In this document: positions 9,884 to 17,462 of the stretch, piece by piece
Layout: the number at the start of each line of letters is the position of its first letter
Position numbering within the stretch: the stretch's first letter is position 1
Source of the DNA: an uncultured virus (IMG/VR IMGVR_UViG_3300049740_001611)
Taxonomy: Duplodnaviria > Heunggongvirae > Uroviricota > Caudoviricetes
Reading direction: 5' to 3' (one strand)
IMG/VR virus record: IMGVR_UViG_3300049740_001611
DNA: 64,000 bases
Made by a program: the position numbers and the translations under genes
The notes under the pieces: generated by a model
What the model was told of the DNA's origin: nothing
The model's input: the letters and a program-made list of their open reading frames with translations, nothing else
Database searches by the model: none

Positions 9884-10585
9884 ATGTATTTTAGAACAAA
9901 AACAAATAAAATAGGCATTGCCGTAGTAATTGCTACTGAATCAGAGAATTTATTAGTTAATAACGACAATAACACTTGGTTAGAATCAGATGATGAACTA
10001 TGTGTTGCTGGAAACTATTGGCATAATTCTAAATTTTATGTGCCGGGAAGTGACGATTATAACGATGATATTGGACCATTGTTAGCAGCAGATCGAGAAG
10101 AGAGTGATGCTGCTGCAGTTGCAAAAGAAGAAGCAATTAGAGCACAAATTAAAGCTGAACAGGATGCAACGGATTATACACCGGACAATTCAGACGCAGA
10201 TGCTAATTTAGAAGCTGCTGCACGTAACGGATCGTTAGAAGCACGTAAAAAAATAGCAAAAACTTTTCCAAAGCCAGTTTATACCCCAATAAGAGAGCTA
10301 TTAGAAATTCCAGAAATTAATGCTGAAAATTTAGCATTTTATGAAGAAGTATTAGCTGATACGAAGCGTGTAATTGCTGGAGTAAAAGCAGATGTAAATG
10401 ATGATCCGGATGTTGTTGAATTTCCAGAACCGATTACGTTCTTAGAAGGAACTGATCAAGAACATACATTATCTGAAATTGTTTTACCAGACGAAGACAA
10501 AGCATCTTACCTTGCACATATGGAAACTGTCGAAGCAGATCAAACAGCTTGGATCGCCCATATGAAAACAGTGTTAGGCGTATAA
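9884..10585 (+). CDS. Acidic hypothetical protein (233 aa), possible fibre chaperone or partner
   Basis: SD AAGGAG; strongly Asp/Glu-rich; lies directly after the Gly/Cys-rich gene. The function is inferred from position only. Confidence 0.5.
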   Translation: MYFRTKTNKIGIAVVIATESENLLVNNDNNTWLESDDELCVAGNYWHNSKFYVPGSDDYNDDIGPLLAADREESDAAAVAKEEAIRAQIKAEQDATDYTPDNSDADANLEAAARNGSLEARKKIAKTFPKPVYTPIRELLEIPEINAENLAFYEEVLADTKRVIAGVKADVNDDPDVVEFPEPITFLEGTDQEHTLSEIVLPDEDKASYLAHMETVEADQTAWIAHMKTVLGV

Positions 10586-10599
10586 ATTAGCCACATTTA

Positions 10600-10658
10600 G
10601 CTTCCTAGCTAACAGACAACATATAATTAATTATATAACTAACTGTTAGCTAGGAAGC
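10600..10658 (+). promoter_or_regulatory. Long inverted repeat whose 3' arm contains the SD of the GT9-like gene, with promoter-like motifs in the loop
   Basis: GCTTCCTAGCTAACAG (10600-10615) and CTGTTAGCTAGGAAGC (10643-10658) are a perfect 16-bp inverted pair; inner palindrome ATATAATTAATTATAT (10621-10636); AGGAAG lies 7 nt before ATG 10665. Confidence 0.7.
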
Positions 10659-10664
10659 ATTTTC

Positions 10665-11591
10665 ATGAAAAAAGTATTTAGTATCAATGGAGGAGCAGGT
10701 CGAGTACTATGCTCCATCCCAGCATTATTAAAGTATCACAAAAAACACGGCCCTAACTTTTATATACTATCCGGAAGCGGTTTAGATTTTTTTGTAGGTA
10801 TTCCTGAGCTTGTAGATTTAACTTTTACCCCTGAACATAAAGGCGTATTTAAAGATATTATTCAGCCTAATATTTTAATACAGCCTGAACCTTATCAAGA
10901 TCACGGTTACTATAATCAAACAAGACACCTAACTGAAGCATTTGATCATATTATTAACGAAACTGACGATCATAGCGATTTACCAAATATTAAAATTTGT
11001 TTAAATAAACAAGAAGAATTAAATGCATTAGATGCATTAGAGAATGCTTCTAAACAACAAAATAAATTAAAGACAATAGTAATACAACCATTTGGCAGAT
11101 CTGCCACACCAGCTCCTATTGCAAATGAAATGATTGATCCAATGAGCAGATCATTAAGTGTAAAAGATTATAACACAATTATAAAAGAACTACATAAGAA
11201 ATATAATGTAATCTACATGGGAGAGAACAACGAAGTAGATGATACGACCTTTAAAATACAAACAGGACTGCGGCAATGGGCAGGCATTATTGAAGGATGT
11301 GATTATTTTATTGGATGTGACAGTGTTGGTCAACATATGGCAAAAGCATTTAATAAACCTGGTACAGTAATATTAGGAAGTACATTTGCAGAAAATGTTA
11401 CATATAAAGATCATTTTCAGATACTTCAAAAACCAAATACGAAAATTGAATATTTTCCAATTAGGTTGTGTGAACAAGGCGTTGATGCAGATATAGCAAA
11501 TAGAAAAAATGATAGCACAATGGACTTTAATGACAAAGAACTTGCTGATATTATTAAAAAAATAATTAAAGATATTGAGGACAAAACTTAA
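10665..11591 (+). CDS. GT9-like (heptosyltransferase-fold) glycosyltransferase
   Basis: N-terminal GGAGRVLCSIPAL and C-terminal LRQWAGIIEGCDYFIGCDSVGQHMAKAFNKPGTVILGST match the WaaC/WaaF-type signature DS-x3-H-x-A-x-A-x3-P-x5-G-x-T. Confidence 0.7.
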   Translation: MKKVFSINGGAGRVLCSIPALLKYHKKHGPNFYILSGSGLDFFVGIPELVDLTFTPEHKGVFKDIIQPNILIQPEPYQDHGYYNQTRHLTEAFDHIINETDDHSDLPNIKICLNKQEELNALDALENASKQQNKLKTIVIQPFGRSATPAPIANEMIDPMSRSLSVKDYNTIIKELHKKYNVIYMGENNEVDDTTFKIQTGLRQWAGIIEGCDYFIGCDSVGQHMAKAFNKPGTVILGSTFAENVTYKDHFQILQKPNTKIEYFPIRLCEQGVDADIANRKNDSTMDFNDKELADIIKKIIKDIEDKT

Positions 11592-13426
11592 TGACGAACA
11601 AAAGAGATATTTGGATTGCAGGCATAACACGTGGACATAATGCAAGTGTATGTCTTTTAAAAAACGGTGAAGTAGTTTTTGCCATAGAAGAAGAACGCTT
11701 ATCAAGACGTAAGTACGACGGCACTCCAACAACAGCTATGATGAAAATATTAGAATATACTGATACATTAGAATATCTTGTTATTTGTCATACAACAGAA
11801 GACTTAAAAACAATACAAGCCGATTTTTCAGGGGAGGATATATATACTGCTTTTGCTAGGAAGACAGGACTAATTTCTAGGGATGATAGTCAAAATAATT
11901 TTGACGGAAGCCATCCTCAGGTAATTAACTTAGGTAAAATACATCATAAACTACATGCTGCATGTGCGTTTTATAGAAGTGGATTTGAATCTGCTGTTGC
12001 AGTAATTGTAGATGGTGCAGGATCTGTAATGGCGGTTGCTAAACAAGATCACAATGGCACTGGAATGCCATCAGTACCAGGTTGGGAAACTGAATCAATT
12101 TTTTCTTGTAACTACCCAAATGATATTCGTACATTATATAAGCATGTTGCTACTGCTTCTTCAGCATTGTCAACAGTTGAAGAATCTTCGGGTGAGGCAT
12201 TTATGGACCCAGAAGGACATACTTTTGAGTGTGTAATTTCAGATACGGCAGGAATTGTAAAAACATATGAAGCAGTAACATACTTTTGTGGCTGGCACTT
12301 TATTGAAGCAGGCAAAACAATGGGATTATTTCCTTATGGCAAGGAAAATCCTAATATTCCTAAACTGTTTGGCCATACTTCATTTAATCTAACTAATAGA
12401 AACTTTGTCGTTCCGTCATATCCAAACGGTGCATATATAAATGCTGATGCATATGAATTTACACAGAATGAAGAAGAAATGCCAACTGTAGAAAATTTAA
12501 CATTTTTAGAAAATAGAAGAGATCTTGCATATGCTGTACAAACACAATCGCAAGACGAAATCGTAAGACTAATTAGAAAAGCTGTTGATCTATCTGGTAA
12601 TAAAAATGTGGTTATAAGTGGAGGTTATGGATTAAATTGTGTTGCAAACTATCACTACTTAGAAGCACTTAAAGATGAAGGTATCAACATCTATGTTGAG
12701 CCAGTGTCAAATGATGCTGGAACTTCTATAGGGGCAGCAATGTTAGTATACAAAGATCTTGAAGGAGAATTTGATAAAGTCGATAATTCAACTGACGGAT
12801 TATATCTTGGATTTGAATACAATTATACTGATGATGAAATAGAAGAAACAGCACAAAAATATAATGCAACAGTTAGTGATGCAACAAATGAAGATGTTAT
12901 AAAACTAATTACATCAAAAAACATTGTTAGCTTATTTCAAGGACGTTCTGAAGCAGGACCACGTGCTTTAGGTAATAGAAGTATTTTGTATGATCCAACA
13001 GACCCTAACGGCAAAGACTTTGTTAATAGTGTAAAACATAGGGAATACTTCCGTCCATTTGCAGGCAGTATTTTACAAGATGATGTACACGAATGGTTTG
13101 ATCTTCGTGGCATGGAAGATAGCCCTAGTATGATGTATGCTGTAAATTGCCAGCCAGGCATTGAAGAAAAGATTCCAGCGATTATTCATGTCGACGGAAC
13201 GTGTCGTATTCAAACTGTTACTAGAGAACAGAATCAACATTACTATGATATTATTAAAGCATTTAAGGATGCAACAGGTTGTCCAATTATCTTTAATACA
13301 AGTTTTAACTTAGGTGGTGAACCTCTTGTAGAAACACTTGATGATGCAATACGTACACTAGCAAGTTGTGATATTGAATATTTGTATCTTCCTGAATACG
13401 GAAAACTAATTACAGTTACAAATTAA
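11591..13426 (+). CDS. Carbamoyltransferase, NodU/CmcH/TobZ family
   Basis: Motifs IEEERLSRRK, HHKLHA, VDGAG, GKTMGL, SGGYGLNCVAN, NDAGTSIG, EAGPRALGNRS, KHREYFRPFA, HVDGTCRIQTV, NTSFN. Confidence 0.92.
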   Translation: MTNKRDIWIAGITRGHNASVCLLKNGEVVFAIEEERLSRRKYDGTPTTAMMKILEYTDTLEYLVICHTTEDLKTIQADFSGEDIYTAFARKTGLISRDDSQNNFDGSHPQVINLGKIHHKLHAACAFYRSGFESAVAVIVDGAGSVMAVAKQDHNGTGMPSVPGWETESIFSCNYPNDIRTLYKHVATASSALSTVEESSGEAFMDPEGHTFECVISDTAGIVKTYEAVTYFCGWHFIEAGKTMGLFPYGKENPNIPKLFGHTSFNLTNRNFVVPSYPNGAYINADAYEFTQNEEEMPTVENLTFLENRRDLAYAVQTQSQDEIVRLIRKAVDLSGNKNVVISGGYGLNCVANYHYLEALKDEGINIYVEPVSNDAGTSIGAAMLVYKDLEGEFDKVDNSTDGLYLGFEYNYTDDEIEETAQKYNATVSDATNEDVIKLITSKNIVSLFQGRSEAGPRALGNRSILYDPTDPNGKDFVNSVKHREYFRPFAGSILQDDVHEWFDLRGMEDSPSMMYAVNCQPGIEEKIPAIIHVDGTCRIQTVTREQNQHYYDIIKAFKDATGCPIIFNTSFNLGGEPLVETLDDAIRTLASCDIEYLYLPEYGKLITVTN

Positions 13427-14015
13427 CATCTGTAAATGAACGTTGAGGGTAACTAATTGCACCAGTTCCTTCAACGTTTCCTACAACAATAATTCTTTCA
13501 TTATCGCTTTGATGTTGTTGTACTTGGTGTGATAACCAACCGGGAAAAATTATCCCATCCCCAGATTTAGGCTTATAATACATTCCGGGTTCGTGTGGGA
13601 AATGAAGCGGAGCAGCATCGTCGTCTACTTTTACATAATACACCCAACTATACAAAGCAGGCACATGCGCATGTAGTTCACTGTAGTCTCCTCGATTATA
13701 TATTGATCCCCAACATGTTGTCATAAATGTTTTTAAATCTAGGTCACTTTTTTCTTTGTGCCATTGCTGTATTAAAGATTCGACATGATCGCAAATATAT
13801 TTAAATGGCTTGTGATCGGTCATAAGCCAATCGGTCATTATAGTAGCCTTTACATTTGTTTCTTTATTTCTAGCATCGCCTACTTCTTTAATAACACGCT
13901 CTACATCATTGTGTAATTCTTCTACAGAGTACTCGTCGGTATCCTCAAAACTAAACTCCCAAAAATGTATTGGAACGCTAAGCCATTGGATAGATTCTCT
14001 AAAATTTTTATCCAT
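13416..14015 (-). CDS. Putative 2OG-Fe(II) oxygenase (TIGR02466-like)
   Basis: HAH-x5-SWVYYV, IIFPGWLSHQV and terminal RIIVVGN: HxH...H metal triad plus 2OG-binding Arg. Confidence 0.8.
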   Translation of the reverse strand: MDKNFRESIQWLSVPIHFWEFSFEDTDEYSVEELHNDVERVIKEVGDARNKETNVKATIMTDWLMTDHKPFKYICDHVESLIQQWHKEKSDLDLKTFMTTCWGSIYNRGDYSELHAHVPALYSWVYYVKVDDDAAPLHFPHEPGMYYKPKSGDGIIFPGWLSHQVQQHQSDNERIIVVGNVEGTGAISYPQRSFTDVNL

Positions 14016-14023
14016 TATGTTTC

Positions 14024-14599
14024 CTAAATATTAAACGTAAAACTTTTACGAGGATTATCGTTTGTTTTTGTATACACCTCATGTTCTAACCAGTGATCCC
14101 ATATCAACATCATTCCTTGTCGCGGCGGAATAGTAACAACAGGATTAGTACAGTATTTACTAGATTCAAATTTAGTATACGGTCTAGGATCATGAAATAC
14201 TAAAGGAGGAACATTATCGCCTACTTCTAAATATATAATTCCACTAAATTTACAATCCAAATGTGCATGTCTACGTAAATGTCCATTGTTTTTCATATCA
14301 CTAAAAAACCCAAACGGGTGTTGCATATCTTCTTCAAAATATGGTTGGTTTCTTTGATTTAAAAAATCTTGTATAGATTCTTTAATAAGTTTAAATGTTT
14401 CAATAACTATAGGAATATTATTAATAACATTTGACTCATCAGGTGCCGAGTGTAATGTACTATTCCAACCTTCTATATTCAGTAAATGATCTTCACCTAC
14501 ATCTGTCAACACGCTATTACATGCGTCTAACAACTCGAGTCGCATTGTATCAGCAATCTGTATATTGTATACGGTAGTTGGAAATAAACTGTGTATCAT
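14024..14599 (-). CDS. Putative 2OG-Fe(II) oxygenase (TIGR02466-like)
   Basis: Starts LFPT; HAHLDCKFSGIIYL, FHDPRP, WLEHEV, RKSFTFNI. Confidence 0.82.
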   Translation of the reverse strand: MIHSLFPTTVYNIQIADTMRLELLDACNSVLTDVGEDHLLNIEGWNSTLHSAPDESNVINNIPIVIETFKLIKESIQDFLNQRNQPYFEEDMQHPFGFFSDMKNNGHLRRHAHLDCKFSGIIYLEVGDNVPPLVFHDPRPYTKFESSKYCTNPVVTIPPRQGMMLIWDHWLEHEVYTKTNDNPRKSFTFNI

Positions 14600-15319
14600 T
14601 TATATTAAATTTTCTTTGATTTTTTTTATTAATTGATTTTTTATTTTTGAACCTTTAAAAATATCGTATAATTTATTTAAATTTCTCTGCTTCCAAGTAT
14701 TTTTTAATCTTACGCAACTCATTGACAACGATAATAATTCTTCGGTTAGAAAAAACTTTTGTAATTTTACTTTTTCATTAGTTTTAAAATTAACATACAT
14801 TAAAGGATCACCTTGACCCACTTTAAAATTTGTGTTACCTTCGTGCATTTGAAATGCATATTCTAATGGCCTAAACCACTGTGAGATATCAAATCTTCCG
14901 GGAACATAAAATCCTGCATCAGAAACTGGTGTTTTGTGCATATACGGATGCATGGATTCTATTTCTAATTCTTCCTCACAAAAAAATATCCATGAGCCTG
15001 CAGATCTTACAGTATAAGCATTTAATAAAGACGGCTGTTTTAAAATAAAATTTCTTTCATTAAATGGTATATTATCGCTAAGATTATTTCTTAGATGGTC
15101 AGGAAAAATATCAACATCTATATTAACAGGACTGTTTAGCATAAAAAGATTTTTACTACTGTTTACAAAAGCTGGACAATTTAAAAAGTTATCTTGATTA
15201 TTTTCTTTATTTTGTCTTTTTTGTAAATCTTCAAGTACATTTACTGGTTCAGTAAATCCTAAATACATAGGTTCTAATAAATCTATTCTATCCCACGGCG
15301 CCCAATACACTGTTTTCAT
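14600..15319 (-). CDS. Hypothetical protein (239 aa), likely distant paralogue of 15316..16041
   Basis: CPAF motif, VPGRFDISQWFRP, GDPLMYVNF; overlaps the neighbouring gene by 4 nt. Confidence 0.55.
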   Translation of the reverse strand: MKTVYWAPWDRIDLLEPMYLGFTEPVNVLEDLQKRQNKENNQDNFLNCPAFVNSSKNLFMLNSPVNIDVDIFPDHLRNNLSDNIPFNERNFILKQPSLLNAYTVRSAGSWIFFCEEELEIESMHPYMHKTPVSDAGFYVPGRFDISQWFRPLEYAFQMHEGNTNFKVGQGDPLMYVNFKTNEKVKLQKFFLTEELLSLSMSCVRLKNTWKQRNLNKLYDIFKGSKIKNQLIKKIKENLI

Positions 15320-16041
15320 TTTTTAAATCCAGGCTGTTTATAATATTTTCCAAATCTAACTTTAGGAAAATGTTCACCAAGTTCTGCCCATGGATTAAAA
15401 TCCATTTTTTCAACTTGTAAATCAATTTCTCTTTCTGTTAATGGAAATAGTGATATTAATGGCATTCCGTGTTTTAGTGTAATAACATAAGGTTGATCCT
15501 TTACTGGACAATTTAAATGAATATTAGTAGCATATTGCCATTTAAAATTAGTATATCCTGGAGATAACCATATGCCTTTTTCTCTAAAATATGATGTACT
15601 ATAGTGCGATTCTGTAAACAAAAACCCAACGTCTTGGTTACATGTAAATTTCCACGGGCTAGACAATTTAAGGGCGATCCGTTTTCCAGGATACAGACCT
15701 CTCCATTGATCTTCAGGATGTTCTGAAATATCTATTGGAATAGCGCCTCCAGATACAGACGGAGTATTCGACCAACTTCCGTCAGGGTTAATTCTTATAT
15801 CAACATCTTCCCACATGTTAATGTGTATCGGATTTGATAAATATTCTCTAATACCAGGACATACTGCAACAGTTCCAGATTTTTCATGTAGTCCAATTCG
15901 TTCATTCCAGTGGGACACAGTACTTTTTATAGTCTTAAGCCAACTGGGTTTTTCTTTCTTTTCACCGAATGCTACAGGAACAGTCTGTAATACACTAATA
16001 TCAGGAGTTAGCGCCTTGAGTACAATCTTCTTATTAAACAT
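15316..16041 (-). CDS. Hypothetical protein (241 aa)
   Basis: SD GGAGA; CPGI motif, KLSSPW, SPG, HGMPLISLFP in the same order as the neighbour's motifs. Confidence 0.55.
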   Translation of the reverse strand: MFNKKIVLKALTPDISVLQTVPVAFGEKKEKPSWLKTIKSTVSHWNERIGLHEKSGTVAVCPGIREYLSNPIHINMWEDVDIRINPDGSWSNTPSVSGGAIPIDISEHPEDQWRGLYPGKRIALKLSSPWKFTCNQDVGFLFTESHYSTSYFREKGIWLSPGYTNFKWQYATNIHLNCPVKDQPYVITLKHGMPLISLFPLTEREIDLQVEKMDFNPWAELGEHFPKVRFGKYYKQPGFKK

Positions 16042-16060
16042 GTAGTCTCCTATTATATTT

Positions 16061-16084
16061 TACTTATAGATATATTGATAAATA
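16061..16084. promoter_or_regulatory. Divergent late-type promoters: ATAAGTA on - (16061-16067) and ATAAATA on + (16078-16084)
   Basis: Resemble the T4 gp55 late promoter TATAAATA; located in the divergent intergenic gap. Confidence 0.55.
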
Positions 16085-16113
16085 ATACTAGAAACTGAAC
16101 TTTAGGATACAGC

Positions 16114-16506
16114 ATGGACTTCAAAGATTTTTTTATTAAAGGTGCCCACAACACACTAAGGCTAAAAAACAATACGCAATTCTCGTACAAGAATCATTGG
16201 AAATCCCTCCATTCAAATATTGTATTAGATAAATGGCACATTGGTGAAATTATGAGTGCTAATTATACTATCATTGCTGATAACGGACGCGATGATAAAG
16301 AAACTATACAAGTACTAGCAGTTGCAGGTCCTGATAACGCAGCTATTACAATTACTGGAAGAGCAGGGTTAAGTACTGACATCTTATCTGTTAGTGCATC
16401 TGTTGATAAATCATCATTTCAGTTAATTGTAAGCCCGGCTGCTGTAGGCAAAGAAGGAGCTAGGGTAATGTACACAGCAACGTACTTCCAGACCCTTGCA
16501 GATTAA
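16114..16506 (+). CDS. Hypothetical virion-associated protein (130 aa)
   Basis: SD AGGA; late-type promoter upstream; beta-rich C-terminal half. Confidence 0.55.
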   Translation: MDFKDFFIKGAHNTLRLKNNTQFSYKNHWKSLHSNIVLDKWHIGEIMSANYTIIADNGRDDKETIQVLAVAGPDNAAITITGRAGLSTDILSVSASVDKSSFQLIVSPAAVGKEGARVMYTATYFQTLAD

Positions 16507-16538
16507 TATTTGCATAAATATATTAAACGGAGATATCG

Positions 16539-17459
16539 ATGCCTGTAGTAAATAAACCTTTTAGTTCCCAGTTTGGATTTACAAGTCCAAACTTTACTGT
16601 CGACGAGCAAGGTAATATAATTGCTACTAGCATACAAGCTGCCGGCGCAGGCGGCAGCGGCGGTACACAGGTAACTGATTATTCATTCACTGACGAAATA
16701 GGCTACTACCAACTTAACGGAGAAGCTGCACAAAACCCTTCCTTAGCACTTACTAGAGTTACACGATTTACATTTAATTTAGAATTAACTGAAAATACAT
16801 TTAGTATTTTTAGTGACGACCTGGGCACACTATATAATACGGGATTACAACATACGCATGACGACGGTGTAATAACTACAGGAGCAGCGGCACAGGGTAA
16901 TACTGATGGTGTACTACAGTTTACAGTACCTGCAGATGCTCCAGACACATTATATTACGGTGATGTAGCTACAGGCCTTTACAATATAATTACAATTACT
17001 GATGCTGCAGGACAGTTTGGTGATTTAGTACTTACATCTACAACCGCCGCCACAAGTGGTGATACTGGCGCATTAGTTGTTAAGGGAGGCGCCGGGATTG
17101 GCGGCGATATATTTGTTGACGGTAAAATAACAACTAATGGTGTTGCTTATAATGGTGTTGGAATTAGTAATATTACGTCAAACACAAACTTAGAATTAGA
17201 CGCTGCAAATAAAATTGTTATTAAAAACAACAGTTCTTTTGTAGGAGAAATTAATAGTACAGGGTTGTCGATTCCTATAAATACTAGTAACATAACAGAA
17301 AGTACTATTAACAATACGACAATTGGTGCAACAACACCTTCGACTGCTACATTTACATCAGCTGATGTTAATAATGTTTTAACAACAAAGAAAAGTGTAG
17401 CAAATAAAGGATATGTTGATAAAACAGCAGTAGCATTTTCAGTAGCATTTGGATTATAA
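16539..17459 (+). CDS. Virion structural/fibre-like protein (306 aa)
   Basis: ATAAATA at 16514-16520; SD GGAG; fibre-shaft motifs TGALVVKGGAGIGGDIFV and INNTTIGATTPSTATFT; module FTVPADAPDTLYY. Confidence 0.65.
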   Translation: MPVVNKPFSSQFGFTSPNFTVDEQGNIIATSIQAAGAGGSGGTQVTDYSFTDEIGYYQLNGEAAQNPSLALTRVTRFTFNLELTENTFSIFSDDLGTLYNTGLQHTHDDGVITTGAAAQGNTDGVLQFTVPADAPDTLYYGDVATGLYNIITITDAAGQFGDLVLTSTTAATSGDTGALVVKGGAGIGGDIFVDGKITTNGVAYNGVGISNITSNTNLELDAANKIVIKNNSSFVGEINSTGLSIPINTSNITESTINNTTIGATTPSTATFTSADVNNVLTTKKSVANKGYVDKTAVAFSVAFGL

Positions 17460-17462
17460 AAC

